A DNA stretch of 64,000 bases from an uncultured Holophagales bacterium (GCA_963842525.1 CAWJGT010000034.1:352001-416000); one strand, 5' to 3'; counted from the first letter of the stretch, positions 38,611 through 50,504 are shown. The notes: a model not told the origin generated them from the letters alone. Program-made: numbers and translations.

Positions 38611-39835
38611 CGGCGGCTCGACTTACTGCCGGTTCGGGCTTCACCACCATCGCCGCAATCCGTCGTCCAATCGCGATCGAGGCGGTGGCGCCGGGCGATG
38701 GGGCGTTGAGGACGTGGATGGCCCGTTCGCTCTGGGCGATGCGGAAATCGTCCACCAGCCTCCCCTGCCGGTCGAGCGCCTGGGCTCTCACGCCGCTGCC
38801 GGCGCGCTGGACGTCCTCGTCGCGGATCGCCGGGACGAGCCTCTGCAGGTCCTTCACGAAGGCCTCCTTGACCAGCGAGCGCCAGACTTCGTAGGCGGCA
38901 GTCTGCCAGAACCGGGCGGCCAGCCGCCAGAGGCCCGGCCAGGCGGCGGATTCGAGGGCATCGCGCAGGGAGATGTCCCGCCAGCGGTAGCCCTCGCGCT
39001 TGAGGGCCAGCACGGCGTTGGGCCCCGCCTCGACCGAGCCGTCCACCCTGCGCGTCAGGTGGACGCCGAGGAAGGGGAAGCGCGGGTCGGGCACCGGGTA
39101 GATGAGGCCTCGCACGAGGTCCCTTTTCTCCGCTGCCAAGTCGTAGTACTCGCCGCGGAAGGGGACGATCCGCACGTCCACCGCGGCGCCGCAGAGGCGC
39201 GCGATGCGGTCGGACTGGAGGCCGGCGCAGTTGACCAGGAGCGAGCAGGCGACCGGCCCCTGCCGGGTCTCGACCACGAGTCCGTTGCCATCGCGGCGGA
39301 CCGCGGTCACCCGGGCGTTGGTCAGGACCCGGCCGCCGCGCTTCTCGATCCGGCGGCCATAGGCACGGGCCACGGCCTTGTAGTCTACGATGCCGGTTTC
39401 GGGCACGAGCAACGCCGCAATGCCGGCGGCGTGCGGCTCGATATCCTTGATTTCGTCGGCGCGCAGCCTGCGCAGGCCCTGGAGGCCGTTTTCCCGGCCG
39501 CGCCGTTCGAGCTCGTCGAGCCGCGGCAACTCCTCGGGGTCGAGAGCCACGACCAGTTTGCCGCAGCGCTCGTGGGCGATTCCCTCTTCGGCGCAGAGCC
39601 GGTAGAGGGCGCGAGCCCCTTCTACACAGAGCTGCGCCTTGAGCGAGCCCGGCTTGTAGTAGAGGCCGGAGTGGATGACGCCGCTGTTGTGGCCGCTCTG
39701 GTGGACGGCGAGGCGGTCTTCGGCTTCCAGGACCAGGACGGACCGGCCGGCCTCGGCCAGCGCCATGGCCGTGGCCGCACCCACCAGGCCGCCGCCGACC
39801 ACGGCCACCTCGCACCGGAGGTCCGCGGAGGTCAG
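38564..39835 (-). CDS. lhgO: L-2-hydroxyglutarate oxidase (FAD-dependent); start approximate
   Basis: VVGGGLVG, HQSGHNSGVIHSGLYYKPGSLKA, PFRGEYY, IYPVPDPRFPFLGVHLT, SGVRAQA, NAPSPGATAS. Confidence 0.92.
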   Translation of the reverse strand: MTSADLRCEVAVVGGGLVGAATAMALAEAGRSVLVLEAEDRLAVHQSGHNSGVIHSGLYYKPGSLKAQLCVEGARALYRLCAEEGIAHERCGKLVVALDPEELPRLDELERRGRENGLQGLRRLRADEIKDIEPHAAGIAALLVPETGIVDYKAVARAYGRRIEKRGGRVLTNARVTAVRRDGNGLVVETRQGPVACSLLVNCAGLQSDRIARLCGAAVDVRIVPFRGEYYDLAAEKRDLVRGLIYPVPDPRFPFLGVHLTRRVDGSVEAGPNAVLALKREGYRWRDISLRDALESAAWPGLWRLAARFWQTAAYEVWRSLVKEAFVKDLQRLVPAIRDEDVQRAGSGVRAQALDRQGRLVDDFRIAQSERAIHVLNAPSPGATASIAIGRRIAAMVVKPEPAVSRAAAGEPEKSGIGLKNSV

Positions 39836-40482
39836 GGCGACAACCTCTCGACGATCCAGGCTCCATCCGACGCTTCGTCCGGCAGCCGCCGGTAACGCAG
39901 TCGGTCGTGCAGGCGGTCGGGCCGCCCCTGCCAGAACTCGACTCTCTCGGGGCGGAGCCGGAAGCCTCCCCAGCTCTCGGGGAGCGGCACCTCGGCGCCT
40001 TCGAAGCGCTGGGCGACCTCCCCCACCGCCAGCTCGAGGAACTCTCGGCTCGCGATCACGCCACTCTGCCGCGAGGCCCAGGCGCCTACCTGGGCGCCGC
40101 GCGGCCGGGACCGGAAGTAGGCCTCGGACTCCTCGCGCGAGGTCCTCTCCACAGTGCCTTCGACCCGCACCTGGCGGTCGAATGCCGACCAGTAGAAGAC
40201 CAGGGCCGCACGCGGGTTTTCGGCCAGCTCTCGCGCCTTGCGGCTCTCGTAGCTCGTGTAGAAGACGAGTCCCCGCGCGTCGCACCCCTTGAGGAGGACC
40301 ACACGCGCCGAAGGCCGTCCCTCACGGTCGGCGGTCGCCAGGACCATGGAGGTCCAGTCGTGGGGATCGGCAGCGGCCGCCTCGGCCAGCCAGAGCTGGA
40401 GCTGCTCGATGGGATCGGCGGCGAGGTCGCGCTCGTCGAGCCCGCTCCTGGCGTACTCCCGGCGCACGTCGGCGATGTCCAT
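39832..40482 (-). CDS. pdxH: Pyridoxamine 5'-phosphate oxidase
   Basis: RREY, PSARVVLLKG, YFRSRPRGAQVGAWASRQS, EFWQGRPDRLHDR, ERLSP. Confidence 0.96.
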   Translation of the reverse strand: MDIADVRREYARSGLDERDLAADPIEQLQLWLAEAAAADPHDWTSMVLATADREGRPSARVVLLKGCDARGLVFYTSYESRKARELAENPRAALVFYWSAFDRQVRVEGTVERTSREESEAYFRSRPRGAQVGAWASRQSGVIASREFLELAVGEVAQRFEGAEVPLPESWGGFRLRPERVEFWQGRPDRLHDRLRYRRLPDEASDGAWIVERLSP

Positions 40483-40500
40483 GAGTCGTCGGGCCCCTGC

Positions 40501-41016
40501 TCAGGGCCGCCCCAGGAGGGTGCCCAGGATGCCCTTCTTCTTGGCGCCCTTCTGGTAGGTACCCATCAGGACGGCCTGGGCCAGGATGTGCCCGTCCATC
40601 GCCGCTTCGAGCTTCGATTTCGTCGGGTGGTGGAGGTCGGGCAGGACGGTGTCGAGGGCGTACAGCTTGAAGAAGTAGCGGTGGCGGCCGATGGGTGGAC
40701 AGGGGCCGCCCCAGCCGGTGCGCTTCCAGTCGTTGAGCCCTTCGAGCGTGCCCGCCGGCAAATCGGTCGGAGGAATCCCCTCGCGCAGCCCGGTCGAGGA
40801 GGCCGGCAGGTTGTAGAGCACCCAGTGGACCCAGGTCATCTTGGGAGCCCGCGGGTCGGGCGCGTCAGGATCGTCCACGATCAGGGCGAGGCTGGCGGCG
40901 CCCGCCGGAACCTCGCGCCAGTCAAGCGCGGGCGAGATGTCGTCCCCTTCGCAGGTGTAGAGAACGGGTATTTCTTGATCGTTCTCGAAGACCGGAGACA
41001 TTAAAGTCAGGCTCAT
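40501..41016 (-). CDS. YbhB/YbcL (PEBP/RKIP-like) protein
   Basis: YTCEGDDISP, DDPDAPDP, WVHWVLYN, GPCPPIGRHRYFFKLYALD. RBS GAGGAGGAG before ATG 41016. Confidence 0.92.
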   Translation of the reverse strand: MSLTLMSPVFENDQEIPVLYTCEGDDISPALDWREVPAGAASLALIVDDPDAPDPRAPKMTWVHWVLYNLPASSTGLREGIPPTDLPAGTLEGLNDWKRTGWGGPCPPIGRHRYFFKLYALDTVLPDLHHPTKSKLEAAMDGHILAQAVLMGTYQKGAKKKGILGTLLGRP

Positions 41017-41228
41017 CGCACGCTCCTCCTCGCGGCCTATTCTATCCAAACCGTCCTCCGCGTGGCGGTAACGGATCTCCACCTCTTCGGTAGTGGAAAT
41101 CGAGTCTTTTTCGATCCCCTTCTCTTTTGCAGAGAACCGCTGGAACGAATCATCCTTTGAATCGATCAATTGGCGCACGAATGCAGTACTCACGGCGGTT
41201 TGCGTGATGTTAAATCTCGTTCGTCATA

Positions 41229-41265
41229 TTGACTTACGCCGTCATTACGCTTAACATTCGAATGT
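41229..41265 (+). promoter_or_regulatory. sigma70 promoter TTGACT-N17-TAACAT for imuAB, with overlapping operator-like repeats
   Basis: -35 at 41229-41234, -10 at 41252-41257. TTACGC-N5-TTACGC lies in the spacer. Palindrome ACATTCGAATGT at 41254-41265. Confidence 0.65.
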
Positions 41266-41291
41266 CGAGCACGGAGGAGAGGAAAAAAGAA

Positions 41292-42176
41292 ATGGTCAGC
41301 CCGCTGCTTCGAGAGACTCCCGAGGAAACGCTGGCCGAGGGCGCATTCTCTCCCGCTTTGCGGCGGCTGCGCTCTTCTCTGCCTCAAGAGCTTCGGCCGC
41401 GTCTGGTCAGCGCCCGCGAGCTCGGCCGGTCGCTGCGCGACGAGGAGGAGGAACATCCGCCGTTCCGGACCGCCGTGCCGGCGCTCGACCGTCTTCTCGA
41501 AGGGGGTCTGCCGCGCGGGCACCTGGTCGAGCTGGTCGGCGCGCGGTCGAGCGGTCGCTTCTCCACCCTGCTCGCGGCTCTCGCCGCGGCCACCGGCGTG
41601 GGAGAGGCGGCGGCGCTGGTCGACCTGGGAGATGGGCTCGATCCGGCGGTGGCCGAGTCCATGGGCACGGACCTGGAGCGCCTGCTCTGGCTCCGTCCCA
41701 CGGACTTGAAGCAGGCCCTGGCCGGCACCGAGATGCTGCTCGGCGCCGGGTTTCCGCTGGTGGCGCTCGACCTGGGCAATCCGCCGGTGCGCGGCGGGCG
41801 TGGCGTCGAGGCCGTCTGGCTGCGGCTGGCCCGGACCGCCCGCTCGCACGGCTCGGTGCTGCTGGTGGGGAGCCCCTACCGGGTGAGCGGCACCGCGGCG
41901 AGCGCCGTGCTGAAGGCGGGCCGCGCCCGCGCCGTCTGGCAGGGTGGCGAGGGCTCTCCATGGCTGCTCGGCGGCTTCACCTCGCACCTCGAGATCGAGA
42001 AGCACCGGGGCCGCCTCGCCGGCCAGAGCGAGGGTCTGGAGCTGGCCGTGGCCGAGAGCCCGCTCCCCTCCGCGAAGCCCATCGCTCCGCCTCGGCCGCA
42101 GCCCCGGCCCGCAGAGCCGCGCGAGCTGCCGGAGGCCTGGGACATGCCCCTGCGGGCCGCGGGCGGGCGGAGGTAG
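41292..42176 (+). CDS. imuA: ImuA-like RecA-fold protein
   Basis: TAVPALDRLLEGGLPRGHLVELVG, degenerate Walker A GARSSGRFS, DLERLLWLRP. Directly upstream of imuB. Confidence 0.8.
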   Translation: MVSPLLRETPEETLAEGAFSPALRRLRSSLPQELRPRLVSARELGRSLRDEEEEHPPFRTAVPALDRLLEGGLPRGHLVELVGARSSGRFSTLLAALAAATGVGEAAALVDLGDGLDPAVAESMGTDLERLLWLRPTDLKQALAGTEMLLGAGFPLVALDLGNPPVRGGRGVEAVWLRLARTARSHGSVLLVGSPYRVSGTAASAVLKAGRARAVWQGGEGSPWLLGGFTSHLEIEKHRGRLAGQSEGLELAVAESPLPSAKPIAPPRPQPRPAEPRELPEAWDMPLRAAGGRR

Positions 42177-42194
42177 ACCGTGGTTGATCCCGTT

Positions 42195-42250
42195 CCCCCT
42201 CTCCCGGCGGGGGGTGGAAGGGAGATGGGAGAGGGGGCCAGGGGGTGAGG
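42195..42250. repeat. REP-like palindromic element (CCCCCTCTCCC..GGGAGAGGGG..GGGGTGAGG)
   Basis: Inverted repeat between imuA and imuB; same family as 58709-58862. Confidence 0.6.
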
Positions 42251-43786
42251 ATCGCCTGCATCTCTCTCCCGCTCTTCCCCCTGGCCGCGCGGCTGCGAAG
42301 CGAGCCGGAGCTCGGCCGCGAGGCCGTGGTCGTCGTGGATGGCAACGGCAACGCCGCCCGGGTGGTCGCGGCCAACAAGCTGGCACGCGGGGCCGGCGTC
42401 AAGCCGGGCCAGACCCTCCCGCAGGCGCGAGCGCTCTGCCCCAAGCTGGTAGCCCGGCCGCGCGACGAGGAGTGCGAGCGGGCCGCCCAGGAGGCGCTCC
42501 TCGAGGCGGCGGACCGTTTCTCGCCGCGGGTCGAGGACGCCGGCGAGGGCGTCGCCTTCCTCGATGTCGACGGGATCGAACGGCATTTCCGCGGCGACTC
42601 GCCGGAGCTCGACCTCGGACGGGCGCTGATCGCCGCGGCCGAAAACGAAGGATTGCCCGTCCGGGTCGGGATCGCCGGAAGCAAGCTGGCGTCGCGGATC
42701 GCCGCCGGGCTCCCCGACTCGCCGGTGGTGGTCCCCGACGGTGAAGAGGCGGGCTTCCTGGCGCCCCTGCCCCTTGCCCGGCTGGCTCCCGAGGTGGACC
42801 TCGCCGAGACCCTGGAGCGCTGGGGCGTGCGCTCCGTCGGCGACTTCGCGAAGCTCCCCACGTCCCGCGTGTCGAGCCGGCTGGGCCGGCACGGCCGCGA
42901 GCTGCACGCCACGGCGCGGGGGATCGATCCGCGTCCGCTCATCCCCCGCGAGCCGCCGCCGGCCTTCAGCGAAGGGATGAATCTGGAATGGCCGCTGGTC
43001 TCTCTGGAGCCCTTCCTGTTCGTGGGCCGCGCGGCCCTGGAGCGGCTTTGCGCCCGCCTGGAGGCCCAGGGCCTCGCCTGCATCCGCCTGGAGCTCCAGC
43101 TTCGCCTGGAGCCCGACGGCCATCAGGTGCGCTCGATCGACCTGCCGGCGCCGAGCCACGACACCAAGACCCTGCTCACCCTGGTCCGCCTCGACCTGGA
43201 AGCGAACCCGCCGGGAGCGCCGGTGGCCGGCTTCAGCTTCGCCGCCCATCCGGACCGTCCACGGGAGGCCCAGCTCTCCCTCTACGGCCCGGCGGCGCTC
43301 TCGCCCGACAAGCTGGCCACCACCCTGGCCCGGCTCTTCGCCCTCCTCGGACCCGACCGCGTCGGCTCGCCGCGGCCGGTGGACGGCCACCGCCCCGAGC
43401 GCTTCGAGCTGGTCGAATACCAGCCGCCTCCCCCGCCGGACGTCCGCCGCGAGCCGCGCACCGGCCGCGGCCTGCTCGCCGTCCGCGTCCTCCGTCCGGC
43501 CGTATCGGTCGAGGTGCTCACCCGCGAGCCCGCGCCGGAAGAGGAGCCGCGGCTCCTGCCGCCGGTCGAGGTCCGCGCGCAGTCCCAGGAAGAGGCCGAC
43601 AAGCGCCCACGGATCGAAGGCAGGATCAAGGTCGCCTCCGGCCCCTGGGGCCTGGAGGACGCCTGGTGGTCCGAAGACCCCGCCGGCCGCGACTATTGGG
43701 ACGTCGAGCTCGCCGGAGGCGCCATCTACCGTCTCTTCCGCGAGCGCCGGACCGGCGAGTGGTTTGCGGATGGGATCTACGATTGA
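42245..43786 (+). CDS. imuB: ImuB, catalytically inactive Y-family polymerase homolog
   Basis: [39 protein letters not shown]. Catalytic Asp motifs absent. C-terminus SGPW..WW..RDYWDVE..YRLFR..W..DGIYD. Confidence 0.88.
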   Translation: MRIACISLPLFPLAARLRSEPELGREAVVVVDGNGNAARVVAANKLARGAGVKPGQTLPQARALCPKLVARPRDEECERAAQEALLEAADRFSPRVEDAGEGVAFLDVDGIERHFRGDSPELDLGRALIAAAENEGLPVRVGIAGSKLASRIAAGLPDSPVVVPDGEEAGFLAPLPLARLAPEVDLAETLERWGVRSVGDFAKLPTSRVSSRLGRHGRELHATARGIDPRPLIPREPPPAFSEGMNLEWPLVSLEPFLFVGRAALERLCARLEAQGLACIRLELQLRLEPDGHQVRSIDLPAPSHDTKTLLTLVRLDLEANPPGAPVAGFSFAAHPDRPREAQLSLYGPAALSPDKLATTLARLFALLGPDRVGSPRPVDGHRPERFELVEYQPPPPPDVRREPRTGRGLLAVRVLRPAVSVEVLTREPAPEEEPRLLPPVEVRAQSQEEADKRPRIEGRIKVASGPWGLEDAWWSEDPAGRDYWDVELAGGAIYRLFRERRTGEWFADGIYD

Positions 43787-45789
43787 GTCGACGAGGCCGG
43801 GGGTGCCTCGCCCACGATCGTGAAGTGGAAGGTCGATCCCCGGCCGACGGTGCTCTCCGCCCAGATCTCGCCGCCCAGGAGCTCGGCCAGCCGCTTGCTG
43901 ATGGCGAGGCCGAGCCCGGCGCCGCCATACCGGCGGGACGGCGAGCCGTCGAGTTGGAGAAAGGGAGTGAAGAGGCGATCCAGGTCCTCGCTGGAGATGC
44001 CGATCCCGGTGTCAGTGACGGCGAAATGGGCCTGATAGCGATCTTCTTCCAGCAGGCGGGCGGAAAGCTCAACGCGCACCTCTCCGCGCGTCGTAAACTT
44101 CACGGCGTTGCCTAGCAGGTTGAGCAGGATCTGACGGGTGCGGCCACGGTCGCCGAGGAGCAGCCCCGGCGTGCCGTCGGCGATCGAAGAGCGGAGCGCC
44201 AGGCCCTGCCTGGCCGCCAGGGGAGCGATCATCTGGAGGCTCTCCGCGACGACCGCCGCGAGGCTGAAGGGCGCGCACTCCACGGCGAGCTTCCTCGACT
44301 CCAGCTTGGAGAAGTCGAGGATCTGTTCGATCAATGCCAGGAGGGCTTCGCCGCTGATCTGCAGGGCCTCCACATACTGCCTCTGCGCTGCGTTGAGCGA
44401 GGTGCCTGCCAGCAGCTCCGTCAGGCCGATGACACCGTTCATGGGGGTCCGGATCTCGTGGCTGATGTTGGCGAGAAACTCGCTCTTCGCACGACTGGCG
44501 GCGAGCGCCTGGTCCCTGGCCTCTTCGAGCTCGCGGGTGCGCTCCAGCACCTGCGCCTCCAGGCCGAGGCGCAGGCGGTCGAGCTCGTCATGGACGCGCC
44601 GGAAGCGGCTCGACAGGGCGATGCGCATCGCAACGAGGACCGCCGCGAAGCCGAAGGCCGCCAGCGAGAACGGCGCGCTCCACGGCAGAGGGAGAAGGTG
44701 CCTCGCCAGCTCCAGCCCCTGGATCGCGATCATCGCCAGTCCACCCGCGGCGATCGTCCGCGCCTCCACGTCGCCGCGCCGGGCCTCGCGCAGGATGAGG
44801 ACCGTCGCGGCGATGAGCAGCGGCAGGAGCCATAAGTAGCGGAAGGGGTTGCTGGCGACGACCGGATGGATGTCCGGCCACAGGCCCACGAACCCTGCCA
44901 GCACCAGATGGGAGAGTTGGTACGCGCGAAGCCAGGACGGAATGGGCCGCGCAAAGAAACGCCAGAGGAACTGGATCGCCAGCGCCGCGGCGAAGTGTCC
45001 CGAGATGTCGCTCAGCCGCACCGCGACGGCGTGGCTCGCGGTGACCTGGTAGATCCAGAAGGTGCAGGCCGTCGTGTTGACCGCGAAGGCCAGCGCGAGC
45101 AGGCCGAACCAGAGGTGCTCGATCTGCGTGCGGCGGCGGCTGAACAGCAGGAGATGATAGAGGGCCGCGGCGGCGAAGAGGGCCGCGAGGACCAACAGGG
45201 GAAGCTCCCTCAACAGGTGGCCCGCCCAGATTGCCCGGACGCGGTCCCGCAGGGCTGGATAGGAGCCGAGCGTCAGATCCTCGCCGACCGGAGCGGCCTG
45301 CGGGTCCCGGTCCGAGGCCCAGCCAATGCGCCGCACCCGCAGGGCGAGGCGCAGCATCCCTCCCGGCCCGACCTCCTCGCGGGGGACGAGAAAGACCTCG
45401 GGAAATGGGAACGGCAGGGTCGAGGACCAGCCCCGGGAGCGCCCGAGCAGCCTCCCGCCAGCGTAGACCTCATAGCCTCCATACATGGGCGGACCGAGAA
45501 GAAGGCCCAATTGGCCCTTGGCGGAGGCCAAGCGCGCTGCCTCGCCGAGCGGCACGGTGCTCCGGAACCAGATGTCGCCGTCGACATCGTCCAGGCCGAG
45601 CTCGCTCCATGTGGCAGGCAGTCGCGCCGCCGGCCAGGCCGAGTCGTCGAAGCCGGGCCGTGCCCAGCCAGGGTCGTCGCCGGTCTGGACCCTCCACCCG
45701 GCGGGTCCCTGTGCGGCGGCAACGGCAGGGGTCAGCAGGACGATGGCAAGGAGGACCATGCCGGTCGCTCCGCGGCTGTGCTGGGTCAT
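43777..45789 (-). CDS. Sensor histidine kinase (sugar-binding-like extracellular domain + 7TM + HisKA + HATPase)
   Basis: [21 protein letters not shown], ~7 [47 protein letters not shown]. No receiver domain. Confidence 0.9.
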   Translation of the reverse strand: MTQHSRGATGMVLLAIVLLTPAVAAAQGPAGWRVQTGDDPGWARPGFDDSAWPAARLPATWSELGLDDVDGDIWFRSTVPLGEAARLASAKGQLGLLLGPPMYGGYEVYAGGRLLGRSRGWSSTLPFPFPEVFLVPREEVGPGGMLRLALRVRRIGWASDRDPQAAPVGEDLTLGSYPALRDRVRAIWAGHLLRELPLLVLAALFAAAALYHLLLFSRRRTQIEHLWFGLLALAFAVNTTACTFWIYQVTASHAVAVRLSDISGHFAAALAIQFLWRFFARPIPSWLRAYQLSHLVLAGFVGLWPDIHPVVASNPFRYLWLLPLLIAATVLILREARRGDVEARTIAAGGLAMIAIQGLELARHLLPLPWSAPFSLAAFGFAAVLVAMRIALSSRFRRVHDELDRLRLGLEAQVLERTRELEEARDQALAASRAKSEFLANISHEIRTPMNGVIGLTELLAGTSLNAAQRQYVEALQISGEALLALIEQILDFSKLESRKLAVECAPFSLAAVVAESLQMIAPLAARQGLALRSSIADGTPGLLLGDRGRTRQILLNLLGNAVKFTTRGEVRVELSARLLEEDRYQAHFAVTDTGIGISSEDLDRLFTPFLQLDGSPSRRYGGAGLGLAISKRLAELLGGEIWAESTVGRGSTFHFTIVGEAPPASSTQS

Positions 45790-45846
45790 CGTGCAGACCC
45801 AGTATACGTCTGTGGGAGGACCGAAGGGGAGAGGCTGGAGGGGAAG

Positions 45847-45875
45847 GAGAGCCGCGGTCAGGGACCGCGGCTCTC
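45847..45875 (-). terminator. Hairpin downstream of the beta-barrel gene
   Basis: 13-bp perfect stem gagagccgcggtc / gaccgcggctctc with a 3-nt loop; weak U tail. Confidence 0.5.
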
Positions 45876-45884
45876 TCTCAGGAT

Positions 45885-46451
45885 CTAGAAGCGCCAGACG
45901 ATGCCGGCGTTGACGCCGATGCCGCTCAGGTCGATGGCGACATCGTCGCGGATGTCGTCGGGAAAGCCGTCGTCGTCCTCAGTGACGGTCCCCTCGATGC
46001 CACGGTAGATGGCCTCGACGTTGAAGGCCAGGCCAGAGGGCCTGCGACCGAAGTCGCCGCCCGCCACCACGTACCAGCCCACCTCGTCGTCGATGTCACC
46101 TTCGGTGGTGTCGAGCAGGTAATAGCCGGCGCCGCCGCCGACGTACGGCTCAAAGGCGGCACCCTCAGCGAAGCGGAAGGCGAGACCCGCCTCTATTGGA
46201 ATGGCGCTGATCTCGAAGTCGAAGCGCTCGGGGTCGGTATCGGCGGTCACGTCGCTGAAATAGGTGCCGCGCAGCTCGACGATGCCCCAGCGCAGCTTGG
46301 TCGCGACGCCGAGTGCCTCGTCCGAGTCCTTGGTGCTCCAGTAGGCACCGCCGACGCTGAAGTCCGTCGCAGCCGCTGGTTGCGCCAGCAATCCCAGGCC
46401 GGCGATGGCGCCGAGCACGAGCACACACATCGTGATGATCTTTCTGTTCAT
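45885..46451 (-). CDS. Outer-membrane beta-barrel protein
   Basis: Signal peptide, [10 protein letters not shown], alternating strands, C-terminal Phe (GIVWRF). RBS GGAGG. Confidence 0.85.
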   Translation of the reverse strand: MNRKIITMCVLVLGAIAGLGLLAQPAAATDFSVGGAYWSTKDSDEALGVATKLRWGIVELRGTYFSDVTADTDPERFDFEISAIPIEAGLAFRFAEGAAFEPYVGGGAGYYLLDTTEGDIDDEVGWYVVAGGDFGRRPSGLAFNVEAIYRGIEGTVTEDDDGFPDDIRDDVAIDLSGIGVNAGIVWRF

Positions 46452-46663
46452 GGTGCTACCTCCGTTTTCCCTTGCATGTCGCATGTCGCGTAACCACCCT
46501 CACCGAGTTACGACTGGTTGAGCCCTCCCGGCCGGAATCTCGAGAAGACCTCTCCCCCGTTGACCGGCCGAGCTTTGGCAACACGGTGCCCTTCAGGGCA
46601 CGCGGTGCTGTCCCGAGCTTTACTGCAAGGGGCGTTCCAAGTGCAGAGAGGAGATAGGATCGA

Positions 46664-48469
46664 CTACTTGCGCCGGTTGGCCTGCAGGATGCGCTTGCGG
46701 ATGCGGGCCGAGCGGGGAGTCACCTCGACCAGCTCGTCCTCGCGGATGAACTCGAGCGCCTGCTCGAGGTTCATCACTCGGGGCGGCACGAGACGGATCG
46801 TGTCGTCGGACCCGGAGGCTCGCATGTTGGTGAGCTTCTTCTCCTTGGTGATATTGACGTCGAGGTCGTTGGTACGGGCATTCTCCCCCACCACCATCCC
46901 CTCGTAGACCTCGTCTCCGGGAGCGATGAACAGCTCGCCCCGGGGCTGGAGGTTCTCGATGGAGTAGGCGGTGGCCCGGCCGGTCCGGTCCGCCACCAGG
47001 GCGCCGTTGGTGCGGTGGGCGATCTCCCCCTGCCAGATGTCCCAACCGTCGAAGAGGTGGTTCATGATGCCGGTCCCCTTGGTGACGGTCAGGAACTCGC
47101 TGCGGAACCCGATCAGGCCGCGGGACGGGATCCGGAACTCCATGCGCACCCGGCCCGAGCCGTGGTTGACCATCTTCATCATCCGGCCGCGGCGCACCCC
47201 CATCTCCTGGGTGACGACGCCGATGAACTCCTCCGGGCAGTCGATCACCAGCATCTCCATGGGCTCGTGGAGCTGGCCGTCGACCCTGCGGGTGATGACC
47301 TCGGGCTTGCCGACCGAGAGCTCGTAGCCTTCGCGGCGCATCATCTCGATCAGGATGGCGAGCTGGAGCTCGCCGCGGCCCGAGACCTTGAACACCTCCG
47401 GCGAATCGGTGGGCTCGACCCGGATCGAGACGTTCGTCAGGATCTCCCTCTCCAGGCGTTCCCTGAGCTTGCGCGAGGTGAGGTGCTTGCCATCACGGCC
47501 GGAGAACGGTGAATCGTTGATCGACACCATCATGGAGATGGTCGGCTCGTCGATCAGGATCGGCGGCAGCGGCCGCGGATCGTCGCGGTCGGTCAGGGTC
47601 TCGCCGATGTTGACCTCCTCGATCCCGGCGATGGCCACGATGTCGCCCGGCCCGGCCTCGGCAATCTCGACGCGCTTCAAGCCGTCGTAGCCGTAGAGGA
47701 GGGTCACCTTGACGTGATCGACCCGGCCGTCGTGGCGGCAGAGCCCGGCCTCCTGGGCCTTGCGCAGCCGGCCGTTGAAGATGCGGCCGATGGCAAGGCG
47801 CCCGACGTAGTCGTCGTAATCGAGGGTGTTGAACTGCATCTGGAGCGGCGTCGCGGCATCCCAGACCGGCGCCGGCACGGAGCGCAGGATCTCCTCGAAG
47901 AGGGCCTCCAGGGTCGTATCCGCACCGTCGGGCTCGCGGCGGCACAGCCCCGCCCGGGCGTTGGCGTAGAGGATCGGGAAGTCGAGCTGCTCCTCCGTGG
48001 CCTCGAGGTCGATGAAGAGGTCATAGACCTCGTTGACCACCTCGCTGATGCGGGCGTCCTGGCGGTCGATCTTGTTGATCACAACAATCGGCGGCAGACC
48101 GGCCTCCAGGGCCTTGCGCAGCACGAAGCGGGTCTGCGGCAGCGGCCCCTCGCTGGCGTCGACCAGCAGCAGGACGCCGTCGACCATCTTGAGCGTTCGC
48201 TCGACCTCGCCGCCGAAGTCGGCGTGGCCCGGCGTGTCGACGATGTTGATCCGCACGCCGCGCCAGGTGATGGCCGTATTTTTGGCCATGATGGTGATGC
48301 CCTTCTCCCGCTCGAGGTCGATCGAGTCCATGACCCGGTCCACGACGTTCTCGTTGGCGCGGAAGATCCCGCTCTGCCAGAGCATGGCGTCGACCAGGGT
48401 TGTCTTGCCGTGGTCGACGTGGGCGATGATCGCCAGATTGCGGACGTCCTCTCTGATCTGCTCAGTCAA
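46664..48469 (-). CDS. typA: Translational GTPase TypA/BipA
   Basis: [64 protein letters not shown] start. Confidence 0.97.
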   Translation of the reverse strand: MTEQIREDVRNLAIIAHVDHGKTTLVDAMLWQSGIFRANENVVDRVMDSIDLEREKGITIMAKNTAITWRGVRINIVDTPGHADFGGEVERTLKMVDGVLLLVDASEGPLPQTRFVLRKALEAGLPPIVVINKIDRQDARISEVVNEVYDLFIDLEATEEQLDFPILYANARAGLCRREPDGADTTLEALFEEILRSVPAPVWDAATPLQMQFNTLDYDDYVGRLAIGRIFNGRLRKAQEAGLCRHDGRVDHVKVTLLYGYDGLKRVEIAEAGPGDIVAIAGIEEVNIGETLTDRDDPRPLPPILIDEPTISMMVSINDSPFSGRDGKHLTSRKLRERLEREILTNVSIRVEPTDSPEVFKVSGRGELQLAILIEMMRREGYELSVGKPEVITRRVDGQLHEPMEMLVIDCPEEFIGVVTQEMGVRRGRMMKMVNHGSGRVRMEFRIPSRGLIGFRSEFLTVTKGTGIMNHLFDGWDIWQGEIAHRTNGALVADRTGRATAYSIENLQPRGELFIAPGDEVYEGMVVGENARTNDLDVNITKEKKLTNMRASGSDDTIRLVPPRVMNLEQALEFIREDELVEVTPRSARIRKRILQANRRK

Positions 48470-48581
48470 GCGGTTCTCTCCGAATGAAAAGGGGAAAGCC
48501 CGGGGCGCGGCTCCGCCGCGGTATGGGGACTCGAGGATAACACAGGGCAGGCCGGGGGAGATTCCCCGAAAGATCCAGGGC

Positions 48582-48932
48582 TCAGGCGCTGTTGGACCGT
48601 CCGAGGTCGAGGACCGCCTTGCGGACCCGCTCCACCTCGCCGCGCTCGAAGTAGGCCGTGCCGCAGTGGGAGCAGACCCAGGCGGGCACGTCCTTCCAGG
48701 CCAAGCGGTAGCCGTTGCGGGCGACGGTGACCGGCGCCGTGGCGCGCTGGATGGCCCCCTGGCAGCCCAGGCAGCGCATGGGCAGGACCTCGGAGGCCGG
48801 CACGGGACGCGCCAGGACCGGCAGGGTCGCATCGAGGTCGGCCGGGCTCGGCTCCCGCAGCTTGGCCGCCGGCATGGCGTAAGCTTTCCGGGTGAACGAG
48901 GAAGAGAAGCGCTCTTGCATGGGCATGGACAT
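48582..48932 (-). CDS. YgiT-type zinc-finger protein
   Basis: [23 protein letters not shown]. Confidence 0.75.
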   Translation of the reverse strand: MSMPMQERFSSSFTRKAYAMPAAKLREPSPADLDATLPVLARPVPASEVLPMRCLGCQGAIQRATAPVTVARNGYRLAWKDVPAWVCSHCGTAYFERGEVERVRKAVLDLGRSNSA

Positions 48933-49066
48933 GTAGATCCCCCTCGTGAAGCGCCATTATATCCTGCAAAACGCTTGCCGGAACTGTCCTGCACCGCGGC
49001 GAGTCTAAAGAGGAAGGATGGGGACATGACAACATTCGAGGACCTGCAGCAGGAGGAGGGGCTCCG

Positions 49067-50503
49067 GTGAGGCTCTTCCTGGCTGCCCTGGCCCTGATGG
49101 CCACCCCGCCGGCTCCGCCGCCTGCGCCCGAGCTGCCGCGCGGCCAGGTCGTCGAGAAGGTCGCCTGCGCCAATGCGCCCCGGTACAGCTATGCGCTCTA
49201 CCTGCCGTCGGGCTACCGGCCGGACCGGGTGTGGCCCGTCGTGTACGCCTTCGACTCCAAAGGGAATGCCAAGGAGATGGCGGAGCGGCTGCGGGCCGGG
49301 GCCGAAAAGTATGGCTGGGTGGTGGTCAGCTCGCACGACTCCTCCAATCTGATCGCCATGGAGGAGAACTTCCAGATCATGCGTGCGCTGTGGGCGGATA
49401 CCCACTCGCGCCTGGCAATCAACGACCGGCGGGTGTACGGACTGGGCTTCTCGGGGCTCGTCCGCTTCGTCTGCATGCTGGAGAACACGGTTCCCGGCAG
49501 CCTGGCCGGAGTGCTCGGCCTCAACGGCGGGTTCCCCCTCGGCTATCCGCCGTCGAAAGAGACCCCGTTCCCCTTCTACTTCACCGTCGGCGACAAGGAC
49601 TTCAGCTACTACGAGCTGCTCGACCTCGACGCCAAGCTCGCGTCGCTGCGCCTCCCCCACCACCTGGAGATCTTCGAAGGCTCCCATCAGTGGCCGCCCG
49701 AGGCGCTCTTCACCCGGGGGATCGCCTGGATGGAGCTCCAGGCGATGCGGCGCGGCCTGCGCGAGAAGAACGCCGCCCTGGTGGAGCCGCTGTGGGCCGA
49801 GGACCTCGCCCGGGCCCGCGAGCACGAGGCCGCCGGCCGGGTCTGGGAGGCCTTCCGCGCCTGGACCGCGCTGGCGGCGGACTATACCGGCCTCCGGAGC
49901 ACCGAGGAGATGAAAGAGGTCGAATCCCGCATCGCCGCTCTCAGGGATTCAGAGGCGCTCCGCGGGAACCTCACGGCGCGCGAGGCGAGAGACCGACGCG
50001 ACCGCGAGTACCTCGAACGGATACCCCGCCTCTTCGAGCAGGTGCCGTCGGAGATCGGCCCCGACAGCGTCAGCCAGATGCTGACCGACCTCAAGATCCC
50101 CGACCTCAAGAAGAAGGCCGAATCCAGCCCCGACCCCGCGGAGCGCCTGGCCGCCGAGCGCCTGCTCTACGCGGTCTACATCCAGACCGGCCTCTATCTG
50201 CCGCGCGAGCACTCCCAGCGCAAGCAGTACGACCGCGCGATCTTCTTCCTCCAGGTTGCCGCGACAATCGATCCCGACGTGCCCCATATCCCCTACCGCC
50301 TCGCCTCCACCTGGGCGCAGAAGGGGAACCCGCGCAGGGCCTTGGACTACCTGGCGCTCGCGGTGGACAAGGGTTGGACCGACCTGGTGATGCTGGAGGG
50401 CGACCGCACCTTCGACACGCTGCGGCAGACCGAGGACTACAAGAAGATCGTCGACGAGATCCTGCGCCGCCAGCAGCAGGCCTCGACCAAGCCGCCTTCG
50501 TAG
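49067..50503 (+). CDS. Secreted alpha/beta-hydrolase-fold (esterase-like) protein with C-terminal TPR
   Basis: [44 protein letters not shown]-like tail. Confidence 0.7.
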   Translation: MRLFLAALALMATPPAPPPAPELPRGQVVEKVACANAPRYSYALYLPSGYRPDRVWPVVYAFDSKGNAKEMAERLRAGAEKYGWVVVSSHDSSNLIAMEENFQIMRALWADTHSRLAINDRRVYGLGFSGLVRFVCMLENTVPGSLAGVLGLNGGFPLGYPPSKETPFPFYFTVGDKDFSYYELLDLDAKLASLRLPHHLEIFEGSHQWPPEALFTRGIAWMELQAMRRGLREKNAALVEPLWAEDLARAREHEAAGRVWEAFRAWTALAADYTGLRSTEEMKEVESRIAALRDSEALRGNLTAREARDRRDREYLERIPRLFEQVPSEIGPDSVSQMLTDLKIPDLKKKAESSPDPAERLAAERLLYAVYIQTGLYLPREHSQRKQYDRAIFFLQVAATIDPDVPHIPYRLASTWAQKGNPRRALDYLALAVDKGWTDLVMLEGDRTFDTLRQTEDYKKIVDEILRRQQQASTKPPS

Positions 50504-50504
50504 G

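Noticed and set aside
48470-49825. N-terminal extension making TypA a 1053-aa fusion (likewise the lhgO extension to 40285 and the YbhB extension to 41193)
   Set aside because: These are upstream open frames overlapping other genes or intergenic DNA. Homology starts at 48469, ~39835 and 41016 respectively.
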